DNA of 64,000 nt from Candidatus Babeliales bacterium (lineage in GTDB: Bacteria > Babelota > Babeliae > Babelales > JANWKD01), in NCBI GenBank assembly GCA_963722075.1, contig CAVRJM010000001.1, positions 352,001 through 416,000 on the forward strand. The letters run 5' to 3'. Each line of letters opens with the position of its first letter. Position 1 is the first letter of the stretch. The translations under genes and the position numbers were made by a program. A model generated the notes under the pieces. It did not search any database. It was not told the DNA's origin and worked only from the letters and a program-made list of their open reading frames with translations. Below, piece after piece: positions 48,409 through 57,871 of the stretch.

Positions 48409-50295
48409 TTATTCGTTTATTTCAGTATCAATTGGGCCTTGATCATTTTGTGGTTCTTCTGGTTGCTCACCGGCGCTGCCAGCTTTTTCTTGGGCCTGTT
48501 TATAGAGGAGCTCTGCAACTTTATGCGAAGCTTGAATAAGTTCATCAGTTGCTTTTTGTAATTCTTCTGGATTAGTTGCATGCTCAACTAATGCAGTTTT
48601 TGCTTTTGCTAATGCATCTTCGGTTGCTTTAACATCGGCTTCGCCAATTTTATCCTTATTTTCTGTAAGGGTTTTTTCTATATCCAAGATAAGACCATCG
48701 AGTCTATTTTTCTTTTCAATAGTATCGCGTACTTTTTTATCTTCAGTTTCATGCGATTTAGCTTCTTGTACCATCTTTTCAATTTCTTCTTTGCTGAGTC
48801 CGCTGCTGCTGGTGATAGTAATGCGTTGTTCTTTGCTGGTTGCTTTATCGCGTGCTGATACATTCACAATACCATTGGCATCGATATCAAACGTTACTTC
48901 GATTTGTGGAACGCCACGTGGTGCTGGTGGGAATCCTTCTAAGCGGAATTGCCCCAATAATTTATTGTCCTTTGCTAATTCACGTTCACCTTGCACAATG
49001 CGAATATCAACTGCGGTTTGATTATCTTCTGCAGTAGAAAACACCTGGGATTTTTTGGTTGGTATGGTGGTATTTCGTTCAATAAGCTTTGTTGCAATAC
49101 CGCCTAATGTTTCAATACCCAGTGATAACGGTGTTACGTCAAGTAAAAGCACGTCAGTGACTTCACCTGCTAATACACCGCCCTGTATTGCTGCGCCAAT
49201 AGCAACCACTTCATCAGGATTTACCGATCTATTGGGTTCTTTACCAAAAAAGTCTTTAACCAGTTGCTGTACTTTTGGCATACGGGTTGATCCGCCCACT
49301 AAAATAACTTCATCAATTGCATCGCGCGAGATTTTAGCATCGGCCATTGCTTTTTTGCATGGTTCAAGCAAGCGTGTAAATAAATCAGCGCATAGTGATT
49401 CAAGTTTTGCGCGGGTGATTTTCAGCGTAAGATGCTTAGGGCCTGATGCATCGGCAGTAATATAAGGTAAGTTAATTTCTGTTTCTGGGACGGTAGAAAG
49501 TTCTATTTTTGCTTTTTCAGCGGCTTCTTTTAAGCGTTGCAATGCCATTTTATCAGATCGGAGATCAATGCCTTGCTCTTTTTTGAACTCATCAATGATA
49601 TAGTTCATGAGGCGCTGATCAATATCGTCACCCCCTAGATGGGTGTCTCCATTAGTTGATTTAACTTCGATAACTCCTTCATGGATATCTAGAATTGATA
49701 TATCAAAGGTACCGCCACCAAAATCAAATACTGCTACCGTACCACTTTTCTTTTTATCTTCTCCATATGCTAATGCGGCTGCGGTAGGTTCATTGATAAT
49801 ACGCTTTACTTCTAATCCGGCGATTTTGCCTGCATCTTTGGTTGCTTGGCGCTGTGAGTCATTAAAATATGCTGGTACGGTGATAACTGCTTCGGTGACC
49901 TTTTCACCCAAATAGTTTTCTGCTGTTTGCTTGATGAAGCTGAGGATGGCGCTGGCTATTTCTTGCGGGGTGTATTCTTTTCCTTGTGCCATAATGCCAA
50001 CATCGCCATTGGCGCGTTTGACTATTTTATAAGGCATATTTTTTGCTTCTTGCGCAACTTCTTCATATTTTAAGCCTATGAAACGCTTTGCAGAGTAAAT
50101 GGTATTTTCTGGGTTGGTAATTGCTTGGCGCTTTGCTAAAGTTCCTACAAGTCGTTTGCCATCCTTGGTAAATGCTACTACTGATGGTATGGTATTAGCT
50201 CCTTCGGGGCTGGGTATTACTTTTGGCGTTCCGCCTTCCATAAATGCTATTACTGAATTGGTGGTCCCCAAATCTATTCCTATAATTTTTCCCAT
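48409..50295 (-). CDS. dnaK: Chaperone DnaK (Hsp70)
   Basis: [36 protein letters not shown]. Confidence 0.99.
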   Translation of the reverse strand: MGKIIGIDLGTTNSVIAFMEGGTPKVIPSPEGANTIPSVVAFTKDGKRLVGTLAKRQAITNPENTIYSAKRFIGLKYEEVAQEAKNMPYKIVKRANGDVGIMAQGKEYTPQEIASAILSFIKQTAENYLGEKVTEAVITVPAYFNDSQRQATKDAGKIAGLEVKRIINEPTAAALAYGEDKKKSGTVAVFDFGGGTFDISILDIHEGVIEVKSTNGDTHLGGDDIDQRLMNYIIDEFKKEQGIDLRSDKMALQRLKEAAEKAKIELSTVPETEINLPYITADASGPKHLTLKITRAKLESLCADLFTRLLEPCKKAMADAKISRDAIDEVILVGGSTRMPKVQQLVKDFFGKEPNRSVNPDEVVAIGAAIQGGVLAGEVTDVLLLDVTPLSLGIETLGGIATKLIERNTTIPTKKSQVFSTAEDNQTAVDIRIVQGERELAKDNKLLGQFRLEGFPPAPRGVPQIEVTFDIDANGIVNVSARDKATSKEQRITITSSSGLSKEEIEKMVQEAKSHETEDKKVRDTIEKKNRLDGLILDIEKTLTENKDKIGEADVKATEDALAKAKTALVEHATNPEELQKATDELIQASHKVAELLYKQAQEKAGSAGEQPEEPQNDQGPIDTEINE

Positions 50296-50367
50296 AAATT
50301 CCTTTCAATGGTTTTAACCTTTATTAATCTAATTTTGGCTTATTCTAACTGCTTTTTTGGTATATAA

Positions 50368-50395
50368 GTTATAGTATAAATGAAGGAAATGTCAA
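50368..50395 (-). promoter_or_regulatory. Sigma70-type dnaK promoter
   Basis: Minus strand TTGACA-16 bp-TATAAC. Confidence 0.6.
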
Positions 50396-50411
50396 TTTTT
50401 ATTTAAAAAAA

Positions 50412-50432
50412 TCTGAGTCTATTACACTCAAC
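50412..50432. promoter_or_regulatory. HAIR-like HspR operator
   Basis: TCTGAGT-N7-ACTCAAC versus HAIR consensus CTTGAGT-N7-ACTCAAG; hspR homolog present in the window. Confidence 0.7.
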
Positions 50433-50550
50433 TTTTTGCACCTCTATTTAATAGGGCGTGGGTATAATTTATTTTTGTCGCATAATTTTATGGTTATTGT
50501 TAATAAAGATATGAAAGGAAGGCAGGATGACGCAGGGCACTCCGTCTGCG

Positions 50551-50605
50551 AGAAGATAATAGCTCTAAGCTTTTTTTAATAAAGCTTTAGAGCTATTATC
50601 TTTCT
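50551..50605. repeat. Long near-perfect inverted repeat
   Basis: AAGATAATAGCTCTAAGCTTT / AAAGCTTTAGAGCTATTATCTT, about 21 bp stem with one bulge. Confidence 0.8.
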
Positions 50606-50625
50606 TGACTCCGTAAATAAAAAAG

Positions 50626-50664
50626 GAGGATTAATTAAAGGAGGATTAATTAGAGGATTAATTA
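50626..50664 (+). repeat. Three direct copies of GAGGATTAATTA
   Basis: Copies at 50626, 50641 and 50653. Confidence 0.85.
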
Positions 50665-50785
50665 AAGGGTTTTCACACTTCATTAGGGAAACTTGCTATG
50701 CTAATTTACCATTGGTTACTATTAATAAGGGAGAGTGGTTAAAATCAAGTAAATAAAAAAGCAGGTAAATAAAAAGGATCGAACA

Positions 50786-51130
50786 ATGCTTAGAAATGTA
50801 AAAGCGTATACGACAATTATGGTACTCTGTGGAATATGGGCGCCGCTATATCCAATTAACTTTGAAAACAATAGTGGACTAGATATAAATGTAATACCTC
50901 AGTATGGGATCTCATTAGCAAAAGGCGATAAAAAAACAGTAAGTATTCCAGTTAATACAATTTTATCATTTGAGATTGTCGCTGCCGGTGTAGATAACGC
51001 TACTATTACTAATCCTGATATGAATGCAACATATATTATTAGCAAAAAAGAAGGATATAGAAATAAATATGTACAATATATAGGAAATGTTAAGGACCCT
51101 TATCAGTATTTACAAGCAACCAAAAAATAA
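50786..51130 (+). CDS. Small secreted beta-rich protein
   Basis: Signal-like N-terminus, AAGGA RBS. Confidence 0.6.
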   Translation: MLRNVKAYTTIMVLCGIWAPLYPINFENNSGLDINVIPQYGISLAKGDKKTVSIPVNTILSFEIVAAGVDNATITNPDMNATYIISKKEGYRNKYVQYIGNVKDPYQYLQATKK

Positions 51131-51489
51131 GGAATTTATTTTATAACTACTCTCCTTTTTTTAATCCCTAACCAATACACGTTACTATTTTTTTCAGTAT
51201 ATTTAATAACCAATCGTACGAATTATTTATGCTATATATTGTATGTTAATTAATAGATATATATAGTTATGTATATTTAAAAAACCATGATTATTAGGTA
51301 ATATTTTTACTAAAACTTCTGAAAAAGGGAAACCGCGCGCTTTTTTCTTCGTACGCTATTTTGTGCAGTTATCAGGCGAACGGTTATAATTGCTGTTCAT
51401 TATTATGAGGCCAGGGCGGTTGCCAAATATTGATTTTTATATCATAATTAAATAATAGAAATTAAAATCAGGGATAAATTAGGGAAAAT

Positions 51490-53391
51490 ATGAAATTTTG
51501 TAAAATCTTATTACTGTCTATAGGTTTGTTGGGACTTTTATGTCCTCAATTTATGGAAAGCATGGACCTAAAGTCATATGCTATTAAGCATTCATCAGCC
51601 CTTGTATCACATATACTGAACCATAAATACACTTACTTAGGAATAGGCGCATTAGCGTGCCTTGGAGGTATATATGGTGGTTATAGCTTATACCGTAAGG
51701 CTTACCAGCAACCTCAGTCTCAGCCTCAAATAAAAAAGGAGCTTCGTAGCTTATTATTGGGGCGTCCTTTGATCGTTGATAAAAATGACTTGTTGTCTAA
51801 ACGAGAAGAACGTAATAAACGGTTGTTGTTGAATGAAATGAGCGGGATAATTAATGAATATAAAAATTTAAAAAAATTTATTCTTCCTACTAATGAATAT
51901 CCAGCATATAAAATAAATAAAATGGTGCCATCTACCACGCCACTTGCCTATGAAACGCTTGATAAATTGGTTGATCTCTTTTTTTGCATGATGCAAAGAA
52001 GTGTTTTTAATAAACAAGATTATTGGATAAACCATACCAATCCGCAACAGTTTCTTAATCATCTTAGTAACAATGAAGAAGAACCTCAATTTAATCCGTT
52101 TATGCAAAAAATAGTAGTAAACCCAGGATCCCAAATAGCTTTTCAGGGTGATTTGCATGGTGATGTGCATTCGTTACTAGCAAGTTTGGATGCGTTAAAA
52201 GAAAAAGGATATTTAGATGAAAATTATAAAATAATAAAAGATAATTTTTATTTGGCTTTTTTAGGTGACTATGTTGATAAAGGCATATACGGCTTAGAAG
52301 TTATTTCGGTAATTATGTACCTAAAATGTCTTAACTTTAATAAGGTTCTTTTAGTGCGTGGGAATCATGAAGATTGGTATATATCGGGGACTGACATGTT
52401 TGACGCTGAAATATGCCGCAAGTTCCAGCTTGATGAAGATAATGATATTGGCAATAAGTACGCCAATATTACCAAAAAAATAAAAAAGATGTATGAATGC
52501 TTGCCAGTGGCTATATTTTATGGAGTGCGTGATACCACCAATACAACCAATTATCTTTTGTTATGCCATGGAGCAGTTGAATGGGGTGTAAATACTCATA
52601 ATCTTCTGAGTCATAATAATAGCGTTGCATTTGAGCAAATAAAATCGCTCAACCGCAAAACAGAGTTAAATAATTTAATGCACAATGATGAAATTTTTAA
52701 AAAGTTAGATGATTTTGTGCATCTCGATGAGCGAAATAATACGGCATTCAACTTACATAGTCCCGATTATGAAGTAAGCAGTATTGCAGGAGGTATTGAT
52801 GATGGTAAGGCTATCTCTTTTGTATGGGGTGATTATATTGTAAAATCTGATGCCGAGCGCAAATCTGCTACCAGTAATTTTAAATTTATTTTGCCTGGCA
52901 GGTTATTTCAGATTGGGGAATATTTCAATTGGATGGTATTAAAAGGATATAGCACTCCTCATCATAAAGTTCGTGGAGTATTTCGCGGGCATCAGCATGC
53001 TGCTGAGATTGAAAATCCAATGATGCAAAGTATTTTCAAAAGAATCTCTTTTGATTCAAAAACATCGGGGTCAGAGATTGATGAATATTCGCATGATTAC
53101 AAAGAAAATGCAGGAGTGAGTAAGCTATGGCTTTCAAGCGCGCCGCCAAATACGTATGCATTATGGGATAATATTGTCTGCACCTTTAATGTAAGCCCAT
53201 GTACTACTTGCCAACAGGCGGGGATTATCAAAAAAAATGATAAAACTAAACACAAGTTTAATTTTACAACACTTGGGATGCTTACCACTGCATCAGCATT
53301 TGAAGATTGGAAATTAGACGTAAGTCGCATAAAAATATTTAATAAAAATGTTTTTCAAGAATTGCAGGCCCAAAACAATAAGCAACAATAG
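51490..53391 (+). CDS. Secreted PPP/calcineurin-like metallophosphoesterase, paralog 1
   Basis: GDLHGD, GDYVDKG, RGNHE, LCHG, RGHQH; signal peptide plus one TM. Confidence 0.9.
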   Translation: MKFCKILLLSIGLLGLLCPQFMESMDLKSYAIKHSSALVSHILNHKYTYLGIGALACLGGIYGGYSLYRKAYQQPQSQPQIKKELRSLLLGRPLIVDKNDLLSKREERNKRLLLNEMSGIINEYKNLKKFILPTNEYPAYKINKMVPSTTPLAYETLDKLVDLFFCMMQRSVFNKQDYWINHTNPQQFLNHLSNNEEEPQFNPFMQKIVVNPGSQIAFQGDLHGDVHSLLASLDALKEKGYLDENYKIIKDNFYLAFLGDYVDKGIYGLEVISVIMYLKCLNFNKVLLVRGNHEDWYISGTDMFDAEICRKFQLDEDNDIGNKYANITKKIKKMYECLPVAIFYGVRDTTNTTNYLLLCHGAVEWGVNTHNLLSHNNSVAFEQIKSLNRKTELNNLMHNDEIFKKLDDFVHLDERNNTAFNLHSPDYEVSSIAGGIDDGKAISFVWGDYIVKSDAERKSATSNFKFILPGRLFQIGEYFNWMVLKGYSTPHHKVRGVFRGHQHAAEIENPMMQSIFKRISFDSKTSGSEIDEYSHDYKENAGVSKLWLSSAPPNTYALWDNIVCTFNVSPCTTCQQAGIIKKNDKTKHKFNFTTLGMLTTASAFEDWKLDVSRIKIFNKNVFQELQAQNNKQQ

Positions 53392-53703
53392 AAATTCATT
53401 CATATGGCGAATTTTATACGCGTAATGATTTTAAGTTTTTAAATTCGATAAACACATCTATTTGAAAATTTATAATTAGTATTATGGTAATTTGCTAATC
53501 AGATTTTGTTGTTTAGAATTAACTGATTAATAATATTGCGTATCAAAATTATGTTTTTCATTCAAATTTAATCATATTTTATATTTGTTTTTCATTTTAG
53601 CGATCCAGTGCCGCAAACAGAAGATGTTTGACGGCTTGTTGCTTTTGGCGTATCGTTAATTGCCAATAATCGTCAATTACTGTATCAAAGAAAGGATTTT
53701 GCT

Positions 53704-55341
53704 ATGCAATTATATGGAATATGCTTACTAAGTTTATTGCTGTCATCATTATTAACATCATATGGTATGGAGGCTGATACAACGCCAATTGATATGGCTG
53801 ATATAATAGATGAGATGAAAGCAGTTATTCCTCAATATGCTAAGCTGGATAAGTTCATGATGGATGGCAATTATTTTCGCGCCTCTGCTTTTAAAAGTTA
53901 TATCCCAAAAAAAACGCCACTATCGTACGACCTTTTAGATAAACTATTTACTTGTTTTTTTTATAGGATGCAAAATAATCCTGTTAGCCAGCAAACAAAT
54001 TGGAGCGATAATACTAATCCTCAAGAATTTTTTCATTCAATTCTTTCTGCTAAAAAAGAAGAAGAAGTGCCCTTTAGGCCTTATATGCAAAAAATGGTAG
54101 TTGCGCCGGGGTCAGAAAAAAATTTTCAAGGTGATTTGCACGGCGATGTTCATTCATTATTGGAAACCCTCCAAGGATTGCAAGAAAAAGGATATTTAGA
54201 TGATAATTACAAAATAATAAAAGATAATTTTTATCTTGCTTTTTTAGGGGATTATGTAGATAAGGGTATCTATGGCATAGAGGTTATTTCATTAATTTTA
54301 TATTTAAAATGTCTCAACTTTGATAATGTATTGCTGGTACGTGGTAATCATGAAGATTGGACCATTTGCGGTAATGAAGCATTTGGAAGTGGGGAGCTTC
54401 CTTTAAAATTCCCTAAAGAAAATGATGAACTGCGTAATAAAATTCAAAAAATGTATGAATGCTTACCGGTTGCTATATTTTATGGGGTCCCAGATGCCAA
54501 CAATATAACTAATTATGCTTTATTGTGCCATGGCGGGGTAGAGATGGGAGTTGATACCCATAATCTTCTTCCTCATCCCAAAGCTATTACATTTGAACAA
54601 ATAAAAACTATTGATCGCGTTACTCAAGCAAATAAATTAAAGGCGCTAGAGCGTTATAAGCAATTAATTGCATTAAATGCTTGTGCAGTAGAGGCTTTAG
54701 AAAGAGAAATTTTTAGAGTTAATAGTTTTGTTCCTGAAATATTACCAGACGTTGGATTTGCATGGAATGATTATTATGTTAAGCCCGATGACAAACGGAA
54801 TAATGAGGATGGCTTTAAGTGGGCAAAAATTTATCCTGGCAGAGGTATAATAATAGGAGAACTTTTTAATCAATTGGTTTTAGAAGCATATAGTACAGAG
54901 CATCACAAAGTGCGCGTCGTAATACGCGGTCATCAACATAATAATGCGCATATGGATGAAATGATGCAAAGTGTTTTCAAGAAAAAATCATTTGGTCAAA
55001 AACAGACCAAAGAATCAGCGATTGATCTTGCATCGAACGATTATTATGAAAATAAAGGGGTGAGCAAATTGTGGCTTTCTCAATCGCCTCCTCATGCGCA
55101 CTCAGTATGGCCTAATTTGGTATGCACAATCAATGTTAGTCCCTGCACTTTTTACCAAAATGTGGGCATTGTAAATAAAGGTGTTCTCTCTAAAATTAAA
55201 CATAAATTTAATTTTGCTACGGTAGGAATTTTAAAAACTGCAGCATCATTTGAAGATTGGAAGTTAACAGTAGTCCGCAAAGAGATATTTGGCAAAGATG
55301 AATTCCAATTATTACAAAATAAAAAAAATAGTAAAAATTAA
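53704..55341 (+). CDS. Secreted PPP/calcineurin-like metallophosphoesterase, paralog 2
   Basis: GDLHGD, GDYVDKG, RGNHE, LCHGG, RGHQH; signal peptide. Confidence 0.9.
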   Translation: MQLYGICLLSLLLSSLLTSYGMEADTTPIDMADIIDEMKAVIPQYAKLDKFMMDGNYFRASAFKSYIPKKTPLSYDLLDKLFTCFFYRMQNNPVSQQTNWSDNTNPQEFFHSILSAKKEEEVPFRPYMQKMVVAPGSEKNFQGDLHGDVHSLLETLQGLQEKGYLDDNYKIIKDNFYLAFLGDYVDKGIYGIEVISLILYLKCLNFDNVLLVRGNHEDWTICGNEAFGSGELPLKFPKENDELRNKIQKMYECLPVAIFYGVPDANNITNYALLCHGGVEMGVDTHNLLPHPKAITFEQIKTIDRVTQANKLKALERYKQLIALNACAVEALEREIFRVNSFVPEILPDVGFAWNDYYVKPDDKRNNEDGFKWAKIYPGRGIIIGELFNQLVLEAYSTEHHKVRVVIRGHQHNNAHMDEMMQSVFKKKSFGQKQTKESAIDLASNDYYENKGVSKLWLSQSPPHAHSVWPNLVCTINVSPCTFYQNVGIVNKGVLSKIKHKFNFATVGILKTAASFEDWKLTVVRKEIFGKDEFQLLQNKKNSKN

Positions 55342-55456
55342 CGTGTTTCTAAATTTTCAAATGAGATCGCTATTAAAATTTGAAAATAATATGATTGCTT
55401 GTTTGAAAATTTAAAATGAAATAATCTCTAATAACGCATTTTATATGTCAAAAATC

Positions 55457-55485
55457 ATATTGCCCTCGAGCAACGGGGGCAATAT
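55457..55485. terminator. Hairpin, probable terminator
   Basis: ATATTGCCCTCG-AGCAA-CGGGGGCAATAT followed by a T-rich tract. Confidence 0.55.
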
Positions 55486-55655
55486 CAAAAATCTTTTTTT
55501 GTTTTTAATTTAAGGCAATTTTATTTGCAGATTTTGATTGAACCTTCTGTAATTAGTTTTCAACGGTTTTAAATTCTTTTTTATATGATATACTATTTTA
55601 GTACTGGTAAGCTTTTATCGTAGTCAGGGTTTTCTTAAAAAAAAGGGATTGCCCT

Positions 55656-56192
55656 ATGTTTGGCTTACATGATAAAGTTGTTTACCCTGGTCATGGTGTT
55701 GCTAAAGTAAATAGAATCGTTGAGAAGATAGTAGCAGGAAGACTTGCATCATTCTATGAGTTGAAATTTTTAAATAAAGATATGACGGTCTTAATTCCCA
55801 TTGAAAATACCGAAGGTATTGGCCTTAGGCCGCTCAGCTCAACCAATAGAATCGATAATATTTTTAAAATACTTGCCCAACCAGCAAAAAAAATTAAGCA
55901 ATATGAGTTACTTGCTAATAATTGGAACAAGCGCAATAAGGAATATCAATTAAAATTACGTACCGGAAATATCGAAGAAATATCTGAAATCTATAAAGAT
56001 CTAAAGCATATTTCGCAGCAAAAAGAGCTTTCATTTGGTGAAAAAAACTTGCTTAATCAAACCGAAAATTTGCTTGCCGAAGAGATTTCAATTGTCAGAA
56101 AATTAGAAGCAGACAAAACAATAGAATATCTTCGCTCAATGTTTAATTCAGCCTTGGAGAGTATGGTAGCAAAAGATCAAAAAATGTTATAA
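55656..56192 (+). CDS. carD: CarD family transcription factor
   Basis: DKVVYPGHGV, GLRPL, NWNKR, LSFGEK. Confidence 0.93.
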   Translation: MFGLHDKVVYPGHGVAKVNRIVEKIVAGRLASFYELKFLNKDMTVLIPIENTEGIGLRPLSSTNRIDNIFKILAQPAKKIKQYELLANNWNKRNKEYQLKLRTGNIEEISEIYKDLKHISQQKELSFGEKNLLNQTENLLAEEISIVRKLEADKTIEYLRSMFNSALESMVAKDQKML

Positions 56193-56208
56193 AAGGTAAT
56201 AGTTATTA

Positions 56209-56244
56209 ATAAGGAGAATAGCTTTATTCTCCTTATCTTTTTTT
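56209..56244 (+). terminator. Terminator-like hairpin after carD
   Basis: ATAAGGAGAATA-GCTT-TATTCTCCTTAT followed by a T run. Confidence 0.65.
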
Positions 56245-56248
56245 ATGT

Positions 56249-57217
56249 ATGAAAATAATAGTTATAGTAGGTTCTACCGGTGTTGGTAAAACTGATTTTG
56301 CTTTGGAGCTTGCACAATGCGCTCCTATAGAAATTATTAACGCTGACCTTGGTCAGTTTTATGAGCCTTTTTCCATTGGCACTGCAAAACCAGATTGGAA
56401 AAATAGTACAGTACCACATCATCTTTTTGATATTGTTACCACTCCTTCTTTAATTACCGCATATAATTTTCGATTGCTGGTCAAAAAAATAGCTGATGAG
56501 ATTATAGCGCGGGGTAATGTTCCGGTACTAGTAGGTGGATCTACCTTTTACGTCGAATCACTTTTTTTTGAATTACCACACGTTTCTTTAATAAATAATG
56601 TTGTATCAAAAGAATCATATAATGCAAAAGATACTAACGATTTATGGCAGGAACTTAACGCTATTGACGCGTTACGCGCTCAACATATTCATCATAATGA
56701 TCGATACCGTATCATACGCGCTTTACAGCAATGGCATCAAACAGGGATGCGGCCTTCCGATTTAAAACCAGTCTTTAATCCACTCTATCCATTTGAATAT
56801 ATCTATTTAAAACGAGAACGAGATGATCTATACGACCGGATCAACCAACGCGTATCTAGTATGTTACAAGCAGGATGGCTTGATGAAATACGTGATATGA
56901 TACTCAATACACCATGGGAACAATTTGTAATGGAGAAAAAATTTATTGGCTATCCCGATTTAATCAATTACTGTAAGAATAATGATGTATCATCATTACA
57001 AACAGTAAGCGCCCTCATTGCTCAAAAAACGAGAAACTATGCTAAACGTCAAGAAACATATTGGCGCCGGTTAGAAAAAAAAATATACAATTGCTTAGTT
57101 ACAACTCCTGAGTATACTAATACTCAAGCATCATGTATTACTTCTTATAATATAACTAGTAACAGTAGCAAAACTATTATTAACCAAATGTGCAATACTA
57201 TAGGTAAAAAGAAGTGA
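56249..57217 (+). CDS. miaA: tRNA dimethylallyltransferase
   Basis: GSTGVGKT, IGTAKP, VPHHL, VGGSTFY, TRNYAKRQ. Confidence 0.95.
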   Translation: MKIIVIVGSTGVGKTDFALELAQCAPIEIINADLGQFYEPFSIGTAKPDWKNSTVPHHLFDIVTTPSLITAYNFRLLVKKIADEIIARGNVPVLVGGSTFYVESLFFELPHVSLINNVVSKESYNAKDTNDLWQELNAIDALRAQHIHHNDRYRIIRALQQWHQTGMRPSDLKPVFNPLYPFEYIYLKRERDDLYDRINQRVSSMLQAGWLDEIRDMILNTPWEQFVMEKKFIGYPDLINYCKNNDVSSLQTVSALIAQKTRNYAKRQETYWRRLEKKIYNCLVTTPEYTNTQASCITSYNITSNSSKTIINQMCNTIGKKK

Positions 57218-57226
57218 GTTACGTAT

Positions 57227-57850
57227 ATGAAATTTGATGATAAATATTCTTGTTCCCAAGCGGAAAGCTCCGCGTTGTGTCAATCTTGTACCACTAACGC
57301 TGATTATTTAATTATTCCTAAAAAAACAGTCAGTATTAGTGTTGCGTGCTTATTATTACTTTTTTTCTTTATTTTTGCCGCTGGGTATTTCATGGGTAAA
57401 AAAAAGCTTGCGCATGATTTTTGTCAGGAAGTTGAGCGCACCAGCTTTTCAGATCAACTGAATTTTGCGCTAACCGCGGCATATGATAAACAGCCATCTG
57501 TACCAACGCCATGTACTCCTGAAGCTGAAGAAATACAATTGATTGAGACTCAGCCAATACAAGCGACGGTTACTACTCCTGTAGTGGTAACACAAAAAAA
57601 ATGGGCTGCTCAATTAATGGGAGGCTCCCATAAAGATGTCACTGCTTTTGCTTCGCGCTTACAGAAGCAAGAAATTACGGTTATAGTAAAAAAAAGAACG
57701 GGAAGAACAGCTCATGGTAATCCGGTTCATTGGTATCAAGCAGTTACCCCACCGTTTGATAATGAGCAGGAACTTAAAAAAGTAGTGGAACGTATTAAAA
57801 AATTAGAAAATATTAAAGTTACGAGCAATACAATAGTACAACTAGCATAG
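57227..57850 (+). CDS. Membrane-anchored SPOR-domain-like protein (FtsN/DedD-like)
   Basis: TM segment, Pro/Thr linker, C-terminal WAAQL...WYQAVTPPF. Confidence 0.6.
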   Translation: MKFDDKYSCSQAESSALCQSCTTNADYLIIPKKTVSISVACLLLLFFFIFAAGYFMGKKKLAHDFCQEVERTSFSDQLNFALTAAYDKQPSVPTPCTPEAEEIQLIETQPIQATVTTPVVVTQKKWAAQLMGGSHKDVTAFASRLQKQEITVIVKKRTGRTAHGNPVHWYQAVTPPFDNEQELKKVVERIKKLENIKVTSNTIVQLA

Positions 57851-57871
57851 GTACTTGTCCGAAAGGCATTT

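Noticed and set aside
48791..50317. Several plus-strand ORFs opposite dnaK
   Set aside because: Well-known antisense shadow frames of hsp70 genes.
50626..50664. Possible CRISPR array
   Set aside because: 12-bp units with 0-3 nt spacers and no cas genes.
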